64,000 nt of DNA from Octopus vulgaris (lineage: Eukaryota), in assembly GCA_951406725.2 (NCBI GenBank), contig OX597834.1, positions 18,228,001-18,292,000 on the forward strand, read 5' to 3'. The position numbers and the translations under genes were made by a program. This document shows positions 52,936-64,000 of the stretch, one piece after another. The notes beneath the pieces are model-generated. The model did no database searches. It had not been told where the DNA came from and saw nothing but the letters and a program-made list of their open reading frames with translations. Position 1 is the first letter of the stretch. Every line of letters begins with the position of its first letter.

Positions 52936-54189
52936 TTTGAACAAGTCAAGTCGATAATGTTTGCTGAAAAAATATAGAAACATTTTTTTTATTATATTAG
53001 TTTTTTTGAAAATCTTCCTATAGAGAAACAAAGCTCAATCATAATTTAGATAAAAGAAACACTAGTAAAAGATTGATTAGACATTTTCAATGCTGTTTCA
53101 CTACTTAACCCCCTCCACACCTCTTCCAGACTATTACTTAAACAATTAGACACATAACTAAGTACACAAATGATTATGGGTAATGTAAATTTACAATCTA
53201 GGTAGGAATGTATATTTTGAAACATTTGAGCCTTTCTTCCTTAAAAATGTTCTCTTACGAGTTTTAAAGTTCATATGAATATGTTACATATGTAATTTAA
53301 AGGAGCAAACAGGTAGTTTTGTTTGAACACTTCACAGTATTTGACCTGACGCTCAGCACTCAGAGTTCAAATACTGCTGAACTCAACTTTGGCTTTCATC
53401 CTTTCAAGTTTGATAAAAAAAATGTATCAAAGCAAGGCAGTGGATTGACAGAATGCAGAACAGCAGATCAGATACCTTGTGGTGTTTGTTTAGCTCTTTA
53501 CAGTTTGAGTTCAAATGCTGCTGTGGCCCACTTGGTTGGTAGACTTAATCAGCTACCTGATCTAACATCATCACCTGGTTGATACCTTGGGTACCTTTAG
53601 CAAAGTCCATTCTGTTGCTAGCATTCAGACAAGGACTCCAGTTTAAGGATACATTCTTCTTTCCTTCTTACTGGTCATGAATCTCTGTGAAAGGTCATGA
53701 ACACCACACTACTTACCCTTCTGACTAAAAGATAAGAACACAAAGCCTCTGGGTTCAATCTCACTGTGAAGTACAGAGGGTAAGTTGTCTCATACCATAT
53801 CCTTAAGATGACCTAAAGCCTGTCAGATAGATTGTACCTACTTTGAAATTGATAGACCTAATCCATCACCTAGGTTAACACCACTGCGTGGTAGCCTTTA
53901 GCAGAGTCCAAGCATTTGGATTTGTTCTCCAATCTGAAACAAACTAAAATATCTTAATATGTTGCTTCATACCATAGCAAACAACTGGTTGTCATTTCTT
54001 CTTCCCTTTAACCCCATAATTTTTGGGTCCCTGATAAAGGTCATCAGTATTAAACCCTTCCTCTCTTGACCACATAATATTAAAAGAAAAAAAATGTGAG
54101 GTGAGAATATATATATTTTAAAAACATATTGGATACCGATTGACAAAGCTTACAATAAACATATATAGATGTGCAGGCACACACACGTA

Positions 54190-54265
<76 letters not shown>

Positions 54266-54736
54266 GAGAGAGAGAGAGAGAATGTGTGACTTAATATACT
54301 AAGTAAAAAATCAAAGGAGAGAGAGTACATATTTTAAAAATCATTTTGGATACTAATTTCCAAATATCTGTCCTATAATTATTAATGACATTTACAATAA
54401 ACACATATGCATACCTGCATACACACAAAGCATACATACATATACACACAAGCATATGCACACAGATGTTGAAACATTCATTCATACACACACACATACA
54501 AGCACACATACGTACACGCACACAAATACACGCGCGCACATGAATATATATGTACCTATGTATACATGTATATTAACAATTTGAGAATTGGAGCAATGGG
54601 ACAGCATACATTTCTGCTTAATCCTAAATTCCATGGAATTAAGTGTATGAGAGGTAGGACATCACTCTTTTGTGTAGTAGTGCGGTTGCTAGTTCTAGAG
54701 CTAGCAGTCACAATTTAACTCCACTGAATTTGGGGC

Positions 54737-54738
<2 letters not shown>

Positions 54739-54811
<73 letters not shown>

Positions 54812-54820
54812 TGTGTGTGA
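54739..54820. repeat. (TG)n microsatellite
   Basis: Direct inspection. Confidence 0.95.
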
Positions 54821-55205
54821 GCGCGTGCGGAAGAGAGCGTGTTTGACAGTTTCAGAAGACAATATTTAAACATAACAAGGGGTTACCCCAGTCATTCTTG
54901 TCTTTATTTATTTATTTATTAATCATTATTATTTTTTAACTAACAGCAACAGGAAGTATTGTTATCTAATTATACAAATAAATAAAGTAAATAAAATAAA
55001 CATATAAATAGATAAGCAATGTTTATATCACTTTTCAGTGAAAGCAGTGCTGAGTAAGGGTGTGCCCTAACGAGGTGTTGATACAAAATCAAGATAGGCA
55101 ATCAACGAACTTATTCTGTTGCACTTTTTGGAGGGTAAACGGAATTTTTCTTTATTATTATTGTCTTTTTTTTTATATATATCTATAAATTCACACGACC
55201 TTTAC

Positions 55206-55275
55206 AGGTCCTGCTTCTCAGAGTCAATGTAGCTGAATACGGGTGAAGATCTTGGTGCGTCTGAGAAACATAGTG
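55206..55275 (-). other. Candidate non-coding first (5'UTR) exon of SINHCAF
   Basis: The ATG exon begins with an acceptor, so an upstream exon is required. This unique, relatively GC-rich patch ends in CCT|gtaaag on - next to the CpG-containing region at 55.65-55.76 kb. Boundaries uncertain. Confidence 0.35.
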
Positions 55276-55304
55276 AAAGAAAAGTAATGAATTGAAGACT
55301 GTTA

Positions 55305-55650
55305 TGGAGAGAGAGAGGGGGGGAACAGAAAGTGAGAGAGAGGAAACTGTCACTGAGGAAAGAGAGGGGAGAGAGAACACACATTGTTACTGAGGAGGGA
55401 TGGGAGAGGAGGATAAACAGTGTTACTGAGGAAAGAGAGAGAGAGAAACAAAGAATGAATGAGAGAGAGGAGGAGAGAGAGAAATAAAGAATGAATGAGA
55501 GAGAGAGGGGGAGAGAGAGAGAGGAGAGAGAAACAAAGAATGAATGAGAGAGAGAGGGGAGAGAGAAACAAAGAATGAATGAGAGAGAGAGGGGGGAGAG
55601 AGGAGAGAGAAACAAAGAATGAATGAGAGGGAGAGGGGGAGAGAGGAGAA
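55305..55650. repeat. GA-rich minisatellite (gagagaaacaaagaatgaatgagagag units)
   Basis: About five copies of aaacaaagaatgaatgagag embedded in polypurine. Confidence 0.9.
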
Positions 55651-55975
55651 CTTTCAACACTATATCAAGTCGCGAACAAATTGGAAGAAACAGACGACAT
55701 ATCACGTGACACCGTGTCATGTCGGTGGATGTGAAAGTGGTGTGCCGCGAATTTTTGAAAGACTTAGAAAGTATTATTCACGATTTTCTTATCTATAAAT
55801 ACGATTTATAAGGTAAGGTAAGTAACTGTTTTTTTTTTTCTTTTCTTCTCTATATTTTTAAACTCCAAAATAACATTGTTTTAAACTTGATGAGCGATAC
55901 GTTCAGTATACTTCGAAATTAAAACCATTGACAAACAATGTTTTAGGCGACGGATGTTTCACTCCCGCGAAAATT
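55650..55975 (+). promoter_or_regulatory. Duplicated cassette copy 1 (candidate promoter + non-coding first exon)
   Basis: ttcaacactatatcaagtcgcgaacaaattggaagaaaCAGACGAcatATCACGTGAC (E-box 55702-55709), tattattcacgatttt block, donors AAG|gtaagg (55813) and AAG|gtaagt (55818). Confidence 0.6.
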
Positions 55976-56046
55976 GAAGAAAAAACAAAAACAGACGTAT
56001 GATGCAGGGTATTCAATCACGACCATATTCGGACAGTGCATATATA

Positions 56047-56463
56047 TATTTCTTTATTGCCCACAAGGGGCTAAACACAGAGGGGACAAACAAGGACAGG
56101 ACAAACGGATTAAGTCGATTATATCGACCCCAGTGCGAAACTGGTACTTTATTTATCGACCCCGAAAGGACGAAAGGCAAAATCGACCTCGGCAGAATTT
56201 GAACTCAGAACGTAACGACAGACGAAATACCTATTTCTTTACTACCCACAAGGAGCTAAACACAGAGGGGACAAACAAGGACAGACAAACGGATTAAGTC
56301 GATTATATCGACCCCAGTGCGTAACTGGTACTTAATTTATCGACCCCGAAAGGATGAAAGGCAAAGTCGACCTTGGCGGAATTTGAACTCAGAACGTAAT
56401 GACAGACGAAATACTGCTAAGCATTTCGCCCGGCGCGCTAACGTTTCTGCCAGCTCGCCGCCT
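56047..56463 (-). mobile_element. SINE family A dimer
   Basis: Same junction gacgaaatacc|tatttcttt at ~56231. Confidence 0.85.
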
Positions 56464-56489
56464 TATGGACCATGGATATATGACCAGGC

Positions 56490-56725
56490 CAGGGGTCCTT
56501 AACCGCCGGGCTCACAGCAGACTTTAAAATTTTATTTCTATTTTATTGGCTACCGCAGTCTACAGAGTGTTTATGCATTATATACGTACTATATGTGTAA
56601 TGTATATGTAATAACTAGATTATATATCATGCATTTTATTGTGTTTTGTTATGAGATCCCCGGTCTGTGGAAAAATTGTCTTGCATTAAACCGGGCCGTG
56701 GAGCAAAAAAGGTTGGGGGCCACTA
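56490..56725. mobile_element. Possible degraded hAT-type MITE
   Basis: Imperfect TIRs caggggtccttaacc / ggttgggggccacta. Confidence 0.45.
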
Positions 56726-56797
56726 GACAAGACGATACCCATATTCAAAACTCTATTTTCACTTTGTCATTCAGAAACATTCTTTTATTTATCTATT

Positions 56798-56999
56798 TCT
56801 TTTACTCGTTTCAGTCATTTGACTGCGGCCATGCTGGAGCACCGCCTTTAATCGAGCAAATCGACCCCCGGGACTTATTCTTTTGTAAGCCCAGTACTTA
56901 TTCTATCGGTCTCTTTTGCCGAACCGCTAGGTAACGGGGACATAAACACACCAGCATCGGTTGTCAAGCAATGCTAGGGGGACAAACACAGACACACAA

Positions 57000-57046
<47 letters not shown>

Positions 57047-57215
57047 TATATACGGCGGGTTTCTTTCAGTTTCCGTCTACCAAATCCACTCACAAGGCTT
57101 TGGTCGGCCCGAGGCTATAGTAGAAGACACTTGCCCGAGGTGCCACGCAGTGGGACTGAACCCAGAACCATGTGGTTGGTAAACAAGCTACTTACCACAC
57201 AGCCACTCCTGCGCC
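56798..57215 (-). mobile_element. SINE family B, full length
   Basis: Reverse complement of the 289-697 consensus. Confidence 0.85.
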
Positions 57216-57437
57216 TGTATAACTTGGCTTCACGACCGGGAAGGAAGAATATTTTACTTTACAATTAACAAGTGCAGTTGTAGAATTTTTCTTTCTTTGT
57301 ATTGTTGAACGGAGTTTCAATATTGTATTTATGCCACCATTTAATCATTCAGTGTAAACTTTTTGGAGGAGTGTATGGTTGCATTACATCGTTTTGGATT
57401 TTATTTTGTTAAAGACGGAAAACTAATTTGTGTGATG

Positions 57438-57897
57438 TTGCCTTTAATATATTTTTCCTTCAAAAGAAGTTTTCACTTGACATAGAGATTCTGAGGGATA
57501 TCTGGTTGCTAGTTGTAACAGGGTAAGCAATTGTATAGGCAGAGCCAGATTTATGTATGAGCCATGACCCCCAAGCAGGGCTGGGGAATACATGGCTCAG
57601 GAGCCCCACTAGAGCTATATTCGGCTCAGTATACGGAGCCGTATGTAGTTTGATTGATAGTCCAAACTATTTGCCTTTAATATATTTTTCCTTCAAAGAG
57701 TTTTCACTTGACATAGAGATTCCTGGTTGCTAGTTGTAACAGGGTAAGCAATTGTATAGGCAGAGCCAGATTTATGTATGAGCCATGACCCCAAGCAGGG
57801 CTGGGGAATACATTGGCTCAGGAGCCCCACTAGAGCTATATTCGGCTCAGTATACAGGAGCCGTATGTAGTTTGATTGGATAGTCCAAACTATTTGC
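57438..57897. repeat. Direct tandem duplication, 2 x ~230 bp
   Basis: 57438-57670 and 57671-57897 are nearly identical and differ by small indels. Confidence 0.93.
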
Positions 57898-57984
57898 AAC
57901 AATATGTACCATTAGATGAAACTATAACCCTCAATATCTAGGTGATGGTGTTAACGAAAGAGGGATGAATGGACGGATAAAGTG

Positions 57985-58171
57985 TGCGTGCGTACGAGTA
58001 TGTGTGTATGTGTGTGAGAGAGAGAGAGTGTGTGTTTGTGAGAGAGAGAGAGTGTATTTGTGAGAGAGAAAGAGTGTGTGTGAGAGAGAGAGTGTGTGTG
58101 AGAGAGAGAGTGTGTGTGAGAGAGAGAGTGTGTGTGATTGAGAGAGAGAGTGTTTGTGTGAGAGAGAGAGA

Positions 58172-58214
<43 letters not shown>

Positions 58215-58289
58215 TGTGTGTGAGAGAGAGAGTGTGTGTGTGAGAGAGTGTGTGTGTGTGAGAGAGTGTGTGTGTGTGAGAGAGAGAAA

Positions 58290-58324
<35 letters not shown>

Positions 58325-58352
58325 TGTGTGTGTTGTGAGAGAGAGAGAATGA
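57985..58352. repeat. (GA)n/(GT)n compound microsatellite
   Basis: Direct inspection. Confidence 0.95.
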
Positions 58353-58792
58353 GAGCGTTCAATACCATATCAAGTCATGACCAAATTGGAAGCAGACGAT
58401 ATGTCACGTGACACTCTGCGTTATGTCTAGTTCTCAAATAATGCAGCGCCAAAATTTTTAAAAGAGAAGTTTAAAATTCAAGAAAAATCTATATAATTAA
58501 ACATCTTGAAAACTGCTTTATTCATGATCTTTCAAATACATAAATGTAATGTGAAAAATGAGTTGAATGAGTTGAAAGAGTTGATTTTCTCTTTTTTTTA
58601 ATTTTCATGAGTGAGGCAAGTAATGAATTTGGTTTCTAGTTTGTCACAAATCGAAGCCATTGAGAAGCAATGTGTTTTGTTGTAGATGTTTTGTCTTGAG
58701 AAAAAAATTCTGAAGCAGCAGATCCTGGATAAAAGGTACCACTCTATGGCCACCCTGTCTTTATTTCAGGAATCAAAGATTGTGTTATCCAA
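58352..58792 (+). promoter_or_regulatory. Duplicated cassette copy 2
   Basis: gcgttcaataccatatcaagtcatgaccaaattggaaGCAGACGAtatGTCACGTGAC (58403-58412), ttattcatgatct block; first donor not evident. Confidence 0.5.
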
Positions 58793-59843
<1,051 letters not shown>

Positions 59844-59929
59844 AGAATGGTAGAAAGCAATTTGAGAGATATGGCTACTATTTCAAGCAGATCGAGTAAC
59901 CAACTTGAAGCTTCCTCAGTTTCATTTTG

Positions 59930-60149
59930 TTACTTTTACTCTCACTTTTACTCTTTTACTTGTTGCAGTCATTTGACTGCGGCCATGCTGGAGCACCGCC
60001 TTTAGTCGAGCAAATCGACCCCAGGACTTATTCTTTGGAAACCTAGTACTTATTCTTTTTGCCGAACCGCTCAGTTACGGAGACGTAAACGCACCACCAT
60101 CGGTTGTCAAACGATGTGGGGGGGGGGGGACAAACACAGACACACAAAC

Positions 60150-60224
<75 letters not shown>

Positions 60225-60378
60225 TATATACGACGGGCTTCTTTCAGTTTCCATCTATCAAATCCACTCCCAAGGCTTTGGTCGGCTCGAGCTATAGTAG
60301 AAGACACTTGCCCGAGGTGCCACGCTGTTGGAATGAACCCAGAACCATGTGGTTGGTAAGCAAGCTACTTACCACGCC
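59930..60378 (-). mobile_element. SINE family B
   Basis: Reverse complement of the consensus, with internal (CATA)n(TA)n. Confidence 0.82.
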
Positions 60379-60544
60379 ACTGTTCAAATTGCTGGAAAGA
60401 GTCACCCCCGATCAGTCAAAACTCGTGTGGGGGGTGGGTGTTAGTGTTTTCGAGCGAGAGAGAGGAATAGAGAGAGGTAGGTAGGTGAGAAAGAAGGGAG
60501 AGAGAGAGAGAGAAAGAGAGAGAGTGTGTGTGTGTGTGTGTTTT

Positions 60545-60960
60545 GGACAACTGGAAAAAGCAGACGATACATCACACAATGGAATTCGAAATGAATTTAA
60601 AACTTAAGAAAATCTACAGTTATGTCTGAGTATCACAGATACTGTATTATTCATGATTTTGTCAAAAACAAACAAATATATGATACAAACAAAGTAAGCA
60701 ATAGTTTTCTATAGTTTTAGCTTTAAAACCATTAAAAGATTAATTACCCTTCATGTACAGTGGGTAAGTAATGTTTCATTTGGTGCCCCAGTGTTTCTGC
60801 ATAAAATAAAAAACACTGAGAACCCATGTGTCATGTCTTAGTTGTATAGCTCCGAGAGAAATCTGAACGAGTAGATCAATTATCAACGATGATCCCCGAG
60901 ATTAATACACTAATAATCAGCAGTATTGTTTGGTTTAAACTGTCAATGAAGATGGTGAAT
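60545..60960 (+). promoter_or_regulatory. Duplicated cassette copy 3
   Basis: caactggaaaaaGCAGACGAtacatcac (E-box broken), tattattcatgattttgtc block, donors AAA|gtaagc (60694) and TGG|gtaagt (60764). Confidence 0.45.
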
Positions 60961-61040
60961 TGCTGAACAGTTACGTTATAAATTAGGCGATTTTCCTTTT
61001 AGTAATTTAGGTGGGGAGAGAAAATTTCACTCGTCATGTG

Positions 61041-61188
61041 TGTGTGGTAAGTAGCTTGCTTACCAACCACATGGTTCCGGGTTCAATCCCATTGCGTGGT
61101 ACCTTGGGCAAGTGTCTTCTACTATAGCCTCCAGCCGACCAAAGCGTTGTGAGTGGATTTGGCAGACGGAAACTGAAAGAAGCCCATC

Positions 61189-61259
<71 letters not shown>

Positions 61260-61475
61260 TGTATGTATGTATGTATCTGTTTGTGTGTCTGTTTGTCCCC
61301 CACAATCGCTTGACAACCTATGCTGGTGTGTTTACTTCCTAGTAACTTAGCGGTTCGGCAAAAGAGACCGATAGAATAAGTACTGGGCTTACAAAGAATA
61401 AGTCCTGAGGTCGATTTGCTCGACTAAAGGTGGTGCTCCAGCATGGCCGCAGTCAAATGACTGAAACAAATAAAA
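61041..61475 (+). mobile_element. SINE family B
   Basis: Matches the consensus, with internal (TA)n(TATG)n. Confidence 0.82.
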
Positions 61476-61899
61476 GCATACATTCATTCAGACATACATA
61501 TATAAGTTCACATACATGTGTGTGTATGTATACATGTTATGTGCGCGCGCGTGCGTGTATGCATTCATATGCGTATGCATTTATGTATGTATATATGTAT
61601 AACCTTCGGAGGGAAAATCTTCGCTGGTCACCAAACAGTAAGTAAGTAGGGAGTAACTTGAGGGATACTTGGCTGCTATTTCTAGCTAGATAGACGACAA
61701 GACAGGCTTCAAAAGTTTTGTTTTGCGGTCTAAATTCCTTGCAGCAAAGTCAATCCTGCTAAAAGCACTCAAGAGCCAGGTGGAGGTGGTGGTGTGAGGG
61801 TGAGAGAGAGAGAGAGGGGGGGGAGTGAGAGAGGCAGAGAAAACGAGAGGGGTTGAAGGAAAGAGAAAGAGAGATAGAAGAGAGAGAGAGGGAGGGAGG

Positions 61900-62340
61900 A
61901 GCGCGTTCAAGACTATCAAGTCATGAGCAAACTGGAAGAGCAGACGACACATGTGATATACTGTGTTATGTCAGTGGTCCTCAATTAGTGCGCTGCGGAT
62001 TTTTAAGGAAAAATTACAAACTTCAGATTAAACATCTTGAAAACCGTTTCATTCCTGATTTTGTTATACACAAATATGATTATAAAACAAGGTAAGTAAT
62101 AGCTTTTTAAATGTTTAACTTTAAAATAAAATGTATTTCTTTTTAAACTTACCCATAGGCAAGCAGTGTATTTGAATTCTAGCTTGTCGCGATCAGAACT
62201 ACTGAAAAGCAATGTATTTGTAATAGATGTTTGCTCCTGAGAAAAATCTGAATCAGTAGACGATTGATAAAAGGCATCCCACTATGGACACCCAATCTTT
62301 ATTTCAGGCAATGTGTCTAAGACTGTTATCCAATGTACTC
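61900..62340 (+). promoter_or_regulatory. Duplicated cassette copy 4
   Basis: gcgttcaagactatcaagtcatgagcaaactggaagaGCAGACGAcaCATGTGa, attcctgattttgt block, donor AAG|gtaagt (62092). Confidence 0.55.
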
Positions 62341-62504
62341 TTCCATCTTTTACGACCGACAGGGAGTGATTTGGGAGAGTTCGGTCGCTGTTTCTAGCAG
62401 ATCGAGCGATTAGCTTGACCAATTTGGGGTTCAAAATGGTTGTAAAAAGGGTCAACTTCGCTGAGAGTGAAAGAGAGAGAGAGGTAGGACAGAAAGAAAG
62501 AAAC

Positions 62505-63345
62505 TGAGCGTTCAACACACTCTTTGAACAAATTGAAAGAGCAGACGACTTATCACGTGATAGACTGCTGAACACCCCGACATTATATCAATTTCTTTAC
62601 TACCCAAAAGGGGCTAAACACAGAGAGGACAAACGGATTAAGTCGATTATATCGACCCCAGTGCGTAACTGGTATTTATTTAATCGACCCCGAAAGGATG
62701 AAAGGCAAAATCGACCTCGGCGGAATTTGAACTCAGAACGTAACGGCAGACGAAATACCTATTTCTTTATTACCCACAAGGGGCTAAACACAGAGGGGAC
62801 AAACAAGGACAGACATAGGTATTAAGTCGATTACATCGACCCCAGTGCGTAACTGGTGCTTAATTTATCGACCCCGAAAGGATGAAAGGCAAAGTCGACC
62901 TCGGCGGAATTTGAACTCAGAACGTAACGGCAGCCGAAATACCGCTAAACATTCCGACCGGTGTGCTACCGTTTCTGCCAGCTCGCCCAGCGAGATGAAA
63001 TGGTGTGTCACGGAATTTAAAACTTTAGAAAATCTATAGTCATGTCTAAACGTCACGAATACTGTATTATTCATGATTTTGTCATATACAAACAAGTACA
63101 TGGTATATAATACAAGGTTAGCAACAGTTCTCTAGTTTTAGCTTTAAGCAAAATGGGAGAGTGATATTTTATTTGATGGTCCAGTGTTCCTGTATAAGTA
63201 AAAAAAATGAATCATAATTGTTTAGCCCCGAGGGAAATCTGGACGAGTAAACTAATTATAAAAAACGATCCTTAAGTTAAATGCTCCAGTTTTAGCTACA
63301 TCGATTAGCAGCTAATAATTATTTAGTTTAAGCCGTCAGAGGAAG
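62505..63345 (+). promoter_or_regulatory. Duplicated cassette copy 5 (interrupted by a SINE dimer)
   Basis: gagcgttcaacac..gaacaaattgaaagaGCAGACGActTATCACGTGATA (62551-62562); after the SINE come tattattcatgattttgtc and donor AAG|gttagc (63117). Confidence 0.52.
62592..62988 (-). mobile_element. SINE family A dimer inserted into cassette copy 5
   Basis: Same junction at ~62759; cassette homology resumes at ~62990. Confidence 0.85.
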
Positions 63346-63475
63346 TTTTTTTTCATTTAATATTTTGTCTTCTAATCAAAAGCTTAACTACAGTTTAACG
63401 CATCTATTTTCTCGACTTTATTTCTTGATAACTTCCTTAATAACGCGTATATTTTTACGAAATTTTGCAGAAATA

Positions 63476-63616
63476 TTAGGATGTCCCAAAAGTTCGTAAA
63501 CACTTGCGAAAATTGAATTTTTACTCGCCAAGTACTAACAAAAACAACAAAAATTATTCCTCAAAATAAAGACCATTATTTTCCAAGACTTTCTACGAAC
63601 TTTTGGGACAACCTTA
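63476..63616. mobile_element. Small mariner-type MITE
   Basis: TA-ttaggatgtcccaaaagttcgta ... tacgaacttttgggacaacctta-TA. Confidence 0.82.
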
Positions 63617-64000
63617 TAAAATTTTGAAGGTATACATGACAATTGTCATTTTTTTTTTTTCATCAAGAAAAGACATTCATATCATTTTAACTATTTTGAC
63701 AACTTGCTCATAATCTTTGAACAACGTAAGCCATTATCCTCATTGATATTATTTATTATCAATACGAAATCGGAAGGAATGATAAAATATTCTTTCTAGT
63801 TTAAGTTTTGTTTATGACAGTATAAATCGAAAATAATCAGAACTTTGAATATTTTCCATTTGTAGGTTATAACCCAATTAAAATGGATTATTATTATTTC
63901 TTTTGTTTTCTATTGAATTAAATTCACTACCTTATTTACTTCCCTTAAACCCGTTATATTGTTAGCTGTTGGTTGACAAAAGTGAGAGTATTTAACACAA

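Noticed and set aside
52964-53031. N-terminal extension of SINHCAF in the ORF track (MFLYRKIF...)
   Set aside because: Intronic pyrimidine tract upstream of the acceptor at 52964-52965; homology starts at MSSNRHKMYRS.
58755-58772. Acceptor-like tctttatttcag|g conserved in cassettes 2 and 4
   Set aside because: Falls in an old interspersed repeat also seen at ~27000-27170, so co-duplication explains the conservation.

Overview
AT-rich eukaryotic genomic DNA dense in microsatellites and SINEs. The SINE families look like those of octopus/cephalopods (inferred from recall, not verified). Two spliced protein-coding genes converge tail-to-tail. (1) The 3' seven coding exons of a CASD1 homolog (CAS1-domain sialate O-acetyltransferase) lie on + at 3601-15066, with earlier exons not seen in the window. 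(2) A complete four-coding-exon, 220-aa SINHCAF/FAM60A-family gene (Sin3-HDAC associated factor) lies on - at 52935-46819. All splice junctions are GT-AG and phase-consistent. The rest is tRNA-derived SINEs, two CR1-type LINE 3' fragments, a decayed mariner, several MITEs (including a triple-nested TTAA set), a ~480-bp foldback and long microsatellites. The most unusual feature is upstream of SINHCAF (55.6-63.3 kb): five diverged, same-orientation copies of a non-coding cassette. Each has a GA-rich tract, then a CAGACGA motif; an E-box/CLEAR-like site follows in four copies and a + strand splice donor in four. They are arranged 1-(2,3)-(4,5) and resemble an array of duplicated promoters/alternative first exons for a divergently transcribed gene. 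Most ORFs in the supplied track are microsatellite or SINE artefacts.
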